NCBI GenBank assembly: GCA_002189035.1
Contig: NEEC01000015.1
Span: forward strand, 2,505,515-2,569,514
Length of the DNA stretch: 64,000 nucleotides
Direction of reading: 5' to 3'
Origin: Utricularia gibba
Taxonomy: Eukaryota; Plantae; Magnoliophyta
Part shown: positions 51,820 through 64,000 of the stretch, in pieces
How the letters are laid out: each line of letters opens with the position of its first letter
Numbering within the stretch: position 1 is the stretch's first letter
Translations under genes and position numbers: made by a program
Notes under the pieces: generated by a model
What the model was told of the DNA's origin: nothing
The model's input: the letters and a program-made list of their open reading frames with translations, nothing else
The model's database searches: none

Positions 51820-52715
51820 TTTCTCTCCGTGGTGCTGGTGATGAATCGAAAAGGTTCAACAAGGCAACCGCTGGCGCTGGCTGCACAAATCCGATCGCCC
51901 CCACTTTAATGACCAATTAAGTGCATGATGTGTAAGATACGTCAGATTTCCTTTCAATTACCTTTCCCCTTACAAAACGGATAAGAAAAGAAAACTTCCA
52001 AAGTCCTCCGGTCACTTTTGGGCGGCGGCTGCCGGAAAGGCCACCGGTAGTCCCCCACCCGCACCACTTTATTGCTTGATAACTGCCTATCCCTTATCTG
52101 CACAATTTGTGCATTATTTACTATTTTTTAACTTTTAATTCGATTAAAAAAAGGTTAAATAACAAATTAGTGATTCCAAATAAATAAATGCGAGATTTTT
52201 TAATTGAATGGGATATTCTCCAATGGCATCATGCCGCCTGCCTGCCATTTGCAATAAAGTTACTTTATACCAATTCTCAAAAGTACCCCCGACATTTCCA
52301 CGTGGGGCACGGGGTAAATATTCCCAAACCGGGTTCGGAGTTTGTTATGAACCGGGAATAAGACATATATGTATATATATATTAATAATATTATGATATA
52401 TTTAATTATAATGGATAAATAATCACATTAAATAATAATATATATTAATTGTATGTAAATTAAAATACACTATATGAACTTTAATGGAGGACCAAACATT
52501 ATTTAATTAAAATTTATGATGCGTGTTTTTGCATGATTGGTGGTTGCCGTGTCTTAATAAAAAGGTGGCGAGGAGCACGTGATCCCCTCCCACCTCTAAA
52601 CCTGTCGACGATGAACCACTTCGCCGGCCCCAAATTCATCACAATCCTGCCCTAATTCCTCGCTTCTGATCTATGAAAACGAGATGGGATTAGTCGAAAA
52701 CTTGTGAAGCAGAAA

Positions 52716-53860
52716 ATGCCCGCCCGATGTGATGGAAAAAGCAGGAATGAAGAAGACGACGAGGAGGGGGCGGGGCCCCTTGCCTTTAGGACAAGTCGCA
52801 ACCGAGCGTGGGGACGTGTCGCATTCTCTCGGATCGGGGGCACAGCCGTCGGATGACAGGAGCTGGCTAGTGGTAAGTAATCTCAGCCGCAACCGCAACC
52901 GCAACCGCAAGCAAGCCGCGCTGTCCTAGGGAGAAATGGATGCTCCGAGCGCCATGTGCTCCTAAAGCATGCTTCCCTTCTTTTGTGCACTGTGTCCATG
53001 TGGCCTGCACTCGCCTTGCGCTGAACGAATCGAATGCCATTTATTGGATACACGACTCCTCTGTATCAGAATTATTGACAGTGGGGTTGGGCAGTGCTCA
53101 TTCTGGACACACGGTAACATGTTTTCAGACGACGACATTGAACACATCCAGTTTAACTTCTGCTGAGGATGTTTTCAGGGACTACACTCGCTTGCTGGAA
53201 TTAACGCCATAGCCTTACAGTGAAATTCGATGGGCTCGTGAGTGTTAATTTTTAAAAATGGGTTAAGGTCCAATTCTCCCCATGGACTTGGCCCACACTT
53301 TCCCATGACTGGTTTTTGATGGGGCTCCGATAAGAGATGATCGGAATAAAAAAAGAAAGCATGTTGACTAGAATACTGGTAAGTTCCACGGACAATGACA
53401 CGTGATGGTTCAGAAAGACACGGCAGAAGACCCACAAAGCTGGGACTTCATCTTGGTTGAGAGCCTCACCTTGGTGAAGAGCCAGTCTGTCTGTCGGCAG
53501 CCGTGGACTCGCATCACACAGAAGGGGAGATCAAGAGGGGTAAACCTTGCAAGCTGGCGAAGAATCCAAAGGGCTGCGCCGAGCTGGGTGAATAGAGTGC
53601 AGCAAGTGGTGCTCCAAAGTTTCCTGGGATCACACCTCACAGATAAATGGTTCTCGTGGTTAGGCTGAACAGTGCAAGAGTCACTTCAGGGGGTTCTCCT
53701 GCGCAGGCACACTCCTCGCAGCTTTCTGGTCACATCTCATGCTACTCATCTCGCATTTCATGTCTTCTGCTCTACGTCTTCCGAATCCCTTTACAGCACG
53801 GCGATAGTAATCTCTTTCGCAAGAACAACTATGGATGGTAATCTGTCTCTCCACAGCTGA
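52716..53860 (+). pseudogene. Unidentified decayed spliced gene-like relic (possibly a membrane protein)
   Basis: G-box ~52577. Canonical short introns 52873-52929 and 53114-53178, donor GTGAGT at 53238. GC-rich exon-like blocks, but stops in all frames. Confidence 0.3.
52886..52910 (+). repeat. (CCGCAA)n hexanucleotide microsatellite
   Basis: Direct reading ccgcaaccgcaaccgcaaccgcaa. Confidence 0.85.
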
Positions 53861-54001
53861 ATAGGGGGCATCAGTATTTATGAGAAATCCATGCCAAGTA
53901 ACTCCGTTCGCAGGAAAACCAGGCTTCGGGGAACCAGCTTACTTGTTCATATCAACAAACAGATGGAATATAACATACTGATCATGCTTCTAGCAACGAT
54001 G

Positions 54002-55727
54002 TCACCCCTGAATGTGGCAACAAACAGAAACTAGGCACTCCCAAGTCATATCCGTTAAGGTCCAGCAGGGGATGCAAAGTGGCTCCAGAAAAAAGGTTTC
54101 CACATATGGTCTGTCCACCAAACAGCAGCCGCAGTGGACACATCGAGGAATGCAGCATATGCAAGCTCTGCAGACGGTGGAATTGATCTTGGCTGGGCAG
54201 TTCTCTGCAGGACAGTCATACACTTGACTAGGCCGCTGACATCTTGGACATATTTCAATGTCTATAACACGCTCATCTTCCAGGGAAAGATACACTTCTC
54301 CATCACGAAAAAATCTTGGTTTATAGTTTTCACATTGCCTTTTCCCATTATCACCTAAAAGAAGCTTAAAATCATTGAAGAGCTGTTCTGTCAAACCATT
54401 TAGGTTGCCAATCCTCAACTTTTTTATACCCGGCTGGGCAGCAGAGTTGAAGATCTTTATTGTCTCATAAACACTTCCAACAGTGAGTTTCATACATCCT
54501 GCCACATTTAACTGCACCACAAAAGTAGATACCATATTAGAACTCCTCGCTAGAGAACATATCCTGGTGTAGAAATAGGATGAAACTTGTTCCAATAAAT
54601 TCTAAGGCTTGAAAAACTAATATAATAACGGTGACAAGCCTTAAGATTTTTTAAATCTTCTTATCTGCAAAGCGATTCATAAATAAAACGTGTAGTAACA
54701 TTAATGACCAATTATTCTTAAATCCATGCATCACCAGCGATATAAGAAATTAAGAATGGCATGTGGTAACAGCAACATCGACAAACACAAAGCGCCTTCC
54801 ATATATTTAATTTAAAAAAGGAAGAAGTAAAGAAAAGGAAACAGTAATCATTAAAAAAGAGATCTTGGAAACATAGTCAGACCTTGGTCAGTCGTGCATT
54901 GGCTTGGAGTACGTGTCTCAGACCAGAAATAGTGATTTTCGGACACTTCACAAGGCTCAAGCTGTGAAGTGTACCCTGAGCTCTATTTGTTAGTTTCAAA
55001 AGAGCACTATCTGTAATCAAATCAGAAAAAGGATGGCCAATAGCAATATTTCTCCAAAGGGAGGATTATCCCGAACAGCATCATTCAATCTCTTGCAAAT
55101 GCGTTCAACTGTAAACAACTCCTTGATGCTAAGATAGCCAAGAGAAAAAAGTATAGCATCCACCTGAGAACCTTCCTCATCAGAACTGAAACTCCTCCTA
55201 TCGTCATGTTCACACTTTTCACAATCAAATAGCATAAAATCCTTCATTTCACTAGAGAGTGACTTGTGATCACTGCTTGCTTCATCTTCCTCGTGCATCA
55301 TTGAATCAGCATCGACCACCACATTTTTTATTTCCTCTTCAGGAGTAGGCAAACTAAAATTGACTTTTGCAACACATTCATCATCTTCGAATCCATCTTC
55401 AATAGTACCCCTATCTTTCTCCTTCTGGGATGTTTGCAACCCAAAATCCTTGATCCAATCACCAACAGAAGACACAGTGGTCTCTATACTGAAATCCATC
55501 CCAAAAGGATCCACAGGGAGACTGATGTTGAAATCTATAGTAAAATCGTTGGGTAAATTTATGCTCACCTCCATTCCAAAAGGATCGCTAGGCAGCAAAT
55601 CATCGAAATTGAAGGAATCCCCATCTAATTTTGTATCCTCACCATTCACCGAATTCTTTATTTCAGGATCTCTTCGTTCCTGCTTTAAACACCGCCCACT
55701 CACATTCTCCTCTAGATGTACCACCAT
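54002..55727 (-). CDS. F-box protein SKIP14-like, 2 exons; apparent 1-bp deletion near 55060
   Basis: LLPSDPFGM motif, F-box DAILFSLGYLSIKELFTVERICK, Cys-rich C-terminus IDIEICPRCQ...VYDCPAENC...CRACICCIPRCVHCG. Confidence 0.88.
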
Positions 55728-56588
55728 ATCTTGCCCACTTGAAAAGACAAAAACAAGACGGAGCAAAATTTACACCGATGGCCAGAATGACACTAGAAAG
55801 ACCCGATTTTCAACTCCAAACCCTCAAACAAAGAACAATTCGGCTGCAACCCCTTTCCATACGGCCAATGAACCACGAAAAATCGGCTCCAATCTTTCTC
55901 CTTTTTCCAAAATACCAGATCCTCAATCCGAAATGGATAAAACCCAAAAACAATCACGGTAACGGACGACAGAACTCCACAAGGGCAAAGCAATAAATGG
56001 ATACGAGAACCATCGAACGAACACGCAAACAAAAAAAAAAAAAAACGAACACGAAATCAGGCAGCGGACTCCGCTATTTCTGCTGCGCATACAAATCCAA
56101 TAACAGGTTTGCCCTTTGAAACGCTCAATGCAGCGGAATGGTGGCAGAATACCACCGAAAAAGCGCCTTAAATGAACGCAGACGTTCGAATAGCGCCCAA
56201 ACCGGAAGAAAAGAGCGAATTCAGAGGAATTAGGTTGTCATCGTGGGACGAGACGCGAGACGCGTGGAATCCTTTAGAAAATTGATGAGAATATAATTTT
56301 TATCATTAGTTTTGACTGATTTATTCAAATTAATTTATTCTCCACAATTAATTACTAAAGAATCAAAACACTCACAAACTCGGTCAAATTAAAAAAAAAA
56401 ATCAGTCACTTTTAGGATATTTAAAATAAATAAGTAATTTTGACCAATTCTGATTTCGAATCTACTCTCTCATCAAATAATAAATAAATAAATAAATGCC
56501 ATTGTTGTAGTATTAAGTAACTGAGGGGAAAAAGCAGTCAGCTTCAAAAATGATTGAAAATCAGATAAGAGGAACTCTCAAAAAATGT

Positions 56589-59500
56589 TCAGTGGGAGTG
56601 TTTTTTGGATCTGTGGCGCGTCTCTCCCGTTTTGTTTCTGTGCCTCGTCCCCATGATCCTACAGCTGAATGAGAGCACTCCAACTGCCGCCATTGCATAG
56701 AACACTCTGTAGGGAGCTGATGCCAAGGCGCACACAAAGCAGAAATGTCCGGCCAGGAGATAGCAGACAAGCCTCACTCTGAGCTCCCACCGGGGAGTCA
56801 CCTGCGTTCCCAACGAAAATGGACCTGATTCGGGGATAGAATGGCTCAAGCCATGGAGAATGATGCCGATACAAAGTGTAGAATCCTCGAGAGGAGGCAG
56901 GGTTTTGCCAGTTCCGGCACGCTGCAAATAGGGGAAGGATTGTTTAAATGTTGTAGTATGGTAGTGCATGTGGGAGATTTCATGTACCTGAAACCTGGCC
57001 ACGAGAGAAGGTAGAAGCATAAGGAATCCGAGTAAATGCAGGAGAAGTATGCCATGTTGGTGGTGAAAGATCTCCAACTGAGTTTCATTGTAGCTCCTTG
57101 CAGATTCTGAACTGGCAATACCATCTGTATCAGATATATTGTTATCGCCCTCGTTTTGAGATGCATAAAGCTGCTCATTGGTACAACGGCTGCGAAGTGA
57201 AGCCATCAGAGAACTGTGTACAGACAGGCAATATCAGAAACGGGCGACAGGATTGAGGTCAATGAATCTAAGTGCTAAGGAATAAAAATAAGCTGATGCC
57301 TGGAGAGAGCGCCATGGCACTGTGAAGCATGTGACAAGAGTAATGCAAAGAGACCCAACGCTGGATGTACAAGACAGATGAGGACTATGGCAATGGCACT
57401 GGTAAAATGGATCGCATTCATTCTGAGTACTCTTATAATCTGCACAAATGAAAAAATGAAGATTTGTACAATCAAATCTGGATAATCCAGTAACATTCCT
57501 AAACGAGATGGGCGGAAACATCCATAAAAATAAATTCTACATAAGGTTACCTTTACTGATACGAATCTGAACCAAAAATTGATAAGCCATCGAACACAAG
57601 GAAAACTCATATTCCCTTCCTTTAACTGCCAACTGCATTTTTTTTTAATCCAAAGGATCTCATTCATTTGATTACAAAATAATAATGGAACGGCATGCAA
57701 TGAAGTGCATGAACACAAGGAAGAATAAAAACATGTGCTGATGTACAGATCGACTAACCTTTTCTTTATTGATACATGGAAATTTCCGGAGACAAAGAAA
57801 AACAATTGGGAGAGTAGTGTTAGCAAAACTACTATGCCATTTGCAACAATATAGCATAGGATTGAAACAATACAAAAGGTTGTAGTTGGAGGTGAAGAGT
57901 GAAAGATGAGAAAAGATAAGAGCAAAATGAGAGCAATGGGAATTGCAACGAGGAGCAAAAATGTCCTTGAGTTGCTCATATTTGATTCAATAGCAGAAAG
58001 AACTGAAGGTATAGGCTTATCAAGATCCCGTGCATAAGTCTGGCACATCAGAGCAAAAAAGATGACTGCAAAGCAAAGTCCACATATCTGCATGGTTTTT
58101 GATCCATTAGAGAAATAATGAAAGCAACTCAGAGAATTTGCAAAGAAGAGAAACATACATTTAACAGTAATATGTGCCAAAAGTAAATGGGTAGGAAAGT
58201 GAAATAAAATATAACGCCTCATTTTGAAGTTTTGAGAAATAGCGGTTAAAAAATTCAGACCCATGAACCAGAATGAAGTCTATGATGGTAAAGAGCTTTA
58301 AATATTACCCTTGGAAAATATAACATCAAGAATCTACCCACTGCGCTACCAAGAGAAACACCAAAAGTAGCTTTATATGAACAGAGTGGATCAGCCTGCA
58401 GATGTCAGGGAACCAAAAACTATTAGGATGAGCACAAGGAATACTAAGAAACCCAAAAACAGATGGAGGTTTCCTTGTTAAATGAAAAGATTAACGGTGA
58501 GTACAAGTATCAGCACAGTTGTTTTGTCAGTGTCTTGAGAAGAAGTCAAAAAGCCAGGAGAAGAATCCACAACAAGTGTCTCAGACTGCAAATTTGGGTA
58601 GACATGCAAACCAGATGTTCCATCCCAAGCAAGTGCCACAGGGGGAAACAGCGAAGTTTACAGAGTTCTGCACCGAAAACATAAGTCACGGGAGGAGGAA
58701 TAAAAAGAAAGGAAGTGATAGATTCTATAGGGACTATGACCCCGTCAGAACTATTGAGTCCTTCAACCCACTTAGGACTCAATATACAGTTTTTTATTTC
58801 TCTATTAATCTTTATAAGTTCCAAACAAACATTGATCACTAAGGGAACTCATAACTCATGAGGGTGAATAAACACTCACTATTAACTCATCAATCACCTG
58901 ATTCTTCCACAACATAATCATTCTTCTTAATTCCACATCCAGTTGTTGTTAGGGATAATGAAAGAGGTAGCAGACCAATGCTAATAGAGAGCATAATATT
59001 TACAGCAAGAGGATGATCCTCCTCCATATTCAAATCCTGAAAACCAAAAGTAATCAGGTTTTATCCTATACCAGATTAATGTAGCAAACAGGTTCATCTT
59101 TGTAACTATCATTAAGAATTGAAAGCAGAACCTTCTCTGAGTATAACGTCTGAAACAGCATGCTGGGGGAAAATATGTGGTTTCCACCGTTGGTTTCAAA
59201 AAACTGTCCTATTCCCATTGAAGCTGCTGGCGGAGGTCCACCTGAAACAACCTGAGAACAGAATTTAAGATCTAACATTTGGAGGCTGAGTAATAGGGCA
59301 GGAATCCTGTTAGTTTAAGGGACAGAGTGATGCCATTACATAGTGAAGCTATGAATATTTCAGTAAAGTCATTGGTTTTCATTCAGTCAACTCACGTGGT
59401 AAGATTTCTATGCTTAACTTGCTTCAAAAGCAAATAGCATCCAAATTTTTTTGTTCTTTGATTTTTTATTTTTTATTATTATTTTTTTTTTGTGATACGC

Positions 59501-62500
59501 ATGCCAACCTCAGTAAACGACTAAAAATATTTAAAATCTTGGGACAGCTTTATAAAATTATACAAGAAAATTATGTCTTATGGAACCTGAAAAATGGGAC
59601 GTCCATTAGGAAAAAAAACCAGCAATTATCAATCAAGATATGTGTAAAAACTTCAAAGATGAGATGTACCAGATGAGCCACTGAAATTGTCAGGAACCTG
59701 AAGCCATCCATGTCCTGAGGATCCAACCAAAAAACAGCAGAAGGAGGGGCTTGCTCTGTTTGGCTGCCTGGCTCAATCTTGCGGAATAAGCACAAGAAGT
59801 CAAGGCCAAGAGTACCCTAAGTCTCTTATGGAAGAGAATAATGTGATAGGCCATACCTGCTTGGGAGAAGGTCGGGAGGGAATTGGGACATTTTTGATGT
59901 GATATCAACGACGCCTTTTTTCGAAAAAGATATTGAAGCTGAAGTATTTCTTTCAGGCCAGAGATGGAGCCTTACACCAGAACAAGGTGAAAGGTTTGTG
60001 ACAAAAACAAAGTGGTTTTTCCTACCTGGATCCTGTACGATAATCTCTTTGAATCCTTCTTAAATGAAGACACCATACTATTATGAAAGGAAATTTTTGG
60101 TCCTCTTTTAGATTGATGGTTCAAATGTATATCATATGAAATTTCGTTGATAAATAAGAATCTCTAAAAATTTTGAAGTGGATTTTTAAGACAAATTTCG
60201 CATTGCAAGACTATCATGACTCAAAGTAATAAAGAATAAAAAAAAAGATGATGAACACACTAACTGAACTTTACCAGTTTCTCAAAGTCCAACCACCGTC
60301 TTCTTCCATCCCTTGCCAAAATAATGAGTGTCTTTATTTGGATGTGAATGTCTCTTTGTTTCCCATCTTCAATCCAGTGAGCATTATTCGGGCATTTTGG
60401 GGCATCAGAAATCCTCAAGTCTGATTTATTTTAAAATGTCTAGGAGTTCTTAAAGAGTATCATACCACAAATATGAAGAATATAACGAAAATTACAAGAC
60501 TCCAATTAGAGGCAGAGTAGCGTATATAAAAGCCAAAAGGGATGAACGAGATTAGCATAAATAAAACCAGGAAACCATAAATGAGGAGCCTCAAGTCTTG
60601 TAAACACTGGTTGACCATATAATGGGGATAAATAGCAGATTGAAGTATTTTTCAGGTAAGCTTCACATTAAATTACCCGGAATTAATCGTGCATTATTTG
60701 AAAGATTGTTGGTCTTTTGGGCCAGGTGTGGTTGCCACTTTGAGATGAAGCTTCTTGGGATTCCATTCTGAAGCATTTTGGAAAAAATTCCAAGTCTTTT
60801 CTCTGCATCAGCGATAGGTTGGCCTGTCTTCATATCTATCAAGCTGAGGAGAGTGTGTGAGACCTGCATTTACAGTAGGAATTCCAGATCAACGAATCTG
60901 GTGAAAAAGACAAGTTCAGTTAATTGAAAATAACTTACCTGCACGACAAGCTGATTGCACCACAAGATAACCTGATGCTCCATTGACAACCAAACATTTT
61001 TCATACTCATGCTGCTGATCATAAATCCATGGGTTTCTGGAACAATTCCTTCAAGGACTCCAAATTTGCACGAACCTAGGATCATAACGGCAATCTAAAA
61101 CCATCTACTTCTATTTTTCAGGATCAATAGAGCAAACCACATACTTGATGCCAAAAATTTTCAAATTGAAACAGTAACAGAAAATCCAAATGTTATTACC
61201 CGGTGAACACTTCACGTTCTCCAATATTTACCTGATAATCATTATGGCCACTAGAGATTGAGATGACAACAACATGAGAAAGGATGGGATCAGAAACGTA
61301 ATATCCAGTGTTAGAGATCTGAGCCTTGTATCCTTTCCTCCATTCCAGATTCACACGTTTATAGTACTGGGCCAACGATGGTTGGAAAGCCACAGGAGGA
61401 GATCTGCATAAAAATGAGGAAAAACCATGAAAACCTGCAGGACAATGATAAACTGAAAATTTATTTTTTGAGATTCCATGTTTACTGGTGTGGACTTGAA
61501 AGTGTCACTATCGTTTCAACTGCATTCTTCCTCAAGTTCGGGTGCACTAAAGCAGCCCTTGCAACAAAACCACCCATAGAATGGCCGACTAATATCACAC
61601 TTTTGGGTGGGCTACCAACAACAGAAGCACCTTCTTTTCTTCGAGCATCATGGGATTCCTTATACTGATCCAAGATCTACATGCAGGACCATGACAGGAA
61701 CGTAAACAAAGGTGACAGGATTAGCAGCATGAAGTTTTTTCTAACTTGGGATGTATAAAACGATTCCAGAACTTCTTCAAGGAAAGACAATTATTGAATG
61801 TGTGTGAGAGAGAGAGAGAGCAGTACTCTGTTGATGGAGTACACTACATATTCTGCATGTTCTTGAACTATATGAACATCCAGCGCAGAGTGTTCACCTT
61901 CAAGATCAACAGCAAACCAATCTAGCCTAGTATTATATATGTTGGGTAACGATATGTTCTTCAAGCTGGCACCCACTCCAGCCACAAAACTTGTGGAAGC
62001 GTGGAATGAGTTTGATTCAAGTGGTCCAGCGTGATACGCCCTATCTGATTCTGCTCCGAGGGATCTGACCTATGCCATTGCCAAAAAACATGAATAATGG
62101 TTCACCTCTTTGGGTTAGCGTGGTTGTCCAATATAAAATTTCATCTGCGGATCACTAAAAATTCTCAAAGAATACGAAAATGCCTTTGGATTACACAGCC
62201 ATCGCGTAATTACATCAAAAAAAGTTTCCTCAAGCAGTTGCACACCTGTTTGTAGCTTCCACCATTTCCAGGATAAACAAAACAGGAACGCCATTAAGTT
62301 TTTTAATGTGATCACTGAATCAATCCTTCTCCAGCCCTCATGGTATAAGTACAAACCATACTTCTTATAAGCACCATTTTCCGCCATAGGTATTGGAATG
62401 TATGTTGGATACATGTACGTCATGACACAACCATTTGAAATCGGCTTCGACAAATTGTACAGCCCCACGATTCCAATCCATAGGCAAATGATGACAACAA

Positions 62501-62558
62501 GAGCCAATCTTAATTTCTTCTTAGAAGGTCTCAGATCTGAGACACCTCTATCTGCCAT
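56589..62558 (-). CDS. GPI inositol-deacylase (PGAP1-like), multi-exon; two apparent 1-bp deletions in exon 1
   Basis: NGCVMTYMYPTYIP, (GVPVLFIPGNGGSYKQ restored), LDWFAVDLEGEHSA, VILVGHSMGGFVARAA lipase motif, TLSSPHQ, C-terminal TM region. Confidence 0.93.
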
Positions 62559-63744
62559 CTTCACTGATCACGAGCACACAGTTGAGTAATTGTTCATCCT
62601 ACAACAACCACCAAGAGTTGAAATTGCCCATAGAAAATGGATGGTCGCAATACCAACTCCCGTGAAGTACAAAACAAGAATGGGCTAGTAATATCCATCA
62701 TGAGCCATGGAGAACACCTCCCAAACACGACGAGACATCGCACAAGATTATAAGAACGACGAAAATGCATAGAATATTACCTAAAAAACTTGAACGAAAA
62801 ACGAAACGAAACTACCTAAAAGAGAGAACTGAATTCATCCTTAGCGTCGAGGTGAAGATCGAGAACAGACAGAAGCGGGCGCGGTAAATAATTTTTTAAC
62901 CGCGATGGAAGTTAATCAGTCACAGTTAAACAATTCAAAACACGGCCCCTATTGAAACAGTAAAAAGTCTTGTATTGTTTCCGAATATTTATTCGAACTA
63001 TTTATACTTTCTTAAAAATATAAATTAGAAATAGAAATAATTTATAGAAATAGTAATGCTGTTACTTTTAATTTTTACTGTTAGTATAATTTGATTTTAG
63101 AAATATTTCTACTATAATTAAAAATATAAATTAATTATGTTTCCTGCGAAAATTATTTTTGTTATTTTAAAAGTAAAAATATTATCCAGAAATATTCAAT
63201 AACATTGATTTAGTATTCTATTTTTAAAAATTTCTAAAAATACTCAAATTCCAATGTTTACGAAAAAACTAATCGTACTGAACAGCGGTTGAGTTCATAG
63301 TTCTGAACTGCATTTCAACTTCGTCTTCTTCATCTAACAACAGTTCTTTCTTTAACGTTTGAATTTCAAGTTCTAAGTAACTGAGCAGGAGACAGAGGAA
63401 ACATCCCCACCGAAATCTGGAAAGTTCATGTGCTGAACATTCAATAATGTTATGTTTTGGATTTTGTTTTTGCTTTGCTCCTCCAGTTTTTGAGGCTGTG
63501 CATCTCTCAGTTGTATGCAACAACCTGACCTTAATGTAGGTTCATCTTGTTTAATTCATGGTTTTTCCTACGCCTCTGCTGTACCCAATGAAGCCACACA
63601 GACAACCAACGACACAAACAAACAAATACACCCTTTAATTCTTCTGGAAATCTGTGGCGTCTCCACGTTTTCCAGAGCTATTGCAGTTTGAAAATGCTAA
63701 GAATCGTTTAGTCCTGGTGATGCATGACAGAGTCCTTTTCATAG

Positions 63745-64000
63745 GAGAGGTGGTCAGCATTTTCATCATCACACAAGAAGTATGTGGAAGCTTCTGATGC
63801 TTTAGCATCAAAAAATGAAGATGCACATCTTCATAATTTGAAAGATGTTATGGCCTATTCTGATAGCCATGTTTCAACTGCTCCTATTGATGGAAGTGGG
63901 CAAAATGATCATATTGAAAATCACGAAGAAGACTTGACCAAGCAGAATCCTCTTAGTGAGCCTCGAGTAAAGAAGACTTCTCTTAATGAGCAAAGAGAAT
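63745..64000 (+). CDS. Possible internal exon of an unidentified gene, running off the window end
   Basis: Acceptor TTTTCATAG at 63744, then an open frame ERWSAFSSSHKKYVEASDAL... to base 64000. No recognisable motif. Confidence 0.3.

Overview
Eukaryotic nuclear DNA from a gene-dense eudicot plant with very short introns (often 55-100 nt) and short AT-rich spacers. An asterid/Lamiales-like compact genome is an inference only. About 20 protein-coding genes are recognisable: GRAS (LISCL/SCL14-like, 5' partial), SMR-like CDK inhibitor, ZIP2-like transporter, CRR2 PPR-DYW, TFIIA large subunit, TOC75-III, DUF642, FRA10AC1, XPT, SEC23, MYBPA1-like R2R3-MYB, TruA pseudouridine synthase, trehalase, PMEI, BAG7, a tail-anchored protein, an RGF/GLV peptide precursor missed by the ORF track, an LHT amino-acid transporter, an ankyrin protein, SKIP14-like F-box and PGAP1-like deacylase. 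There are also decayed relics, including a truncated LHP1 chromodomain. The most unusual object is a complete 5568-bp Ty1/Copia retrotransposon (43362-48929). It has identical 446-bp LTRs, an AACAG TSD, non-canonical TG...TA ends, an 18-nt PBS matching plant tRNA-Trp rather than iMet, and a pol frame that reads 79 codons into U3 of the 3' LTR. It sits 25 bp upstream of the LHT TATA box. Eight apparent frameshifts are all single-base losses in homopolymer runs and are probably long-read assembly errors, not pseudogenisation. All identifications come from recalled family motifs; no database searches were run.
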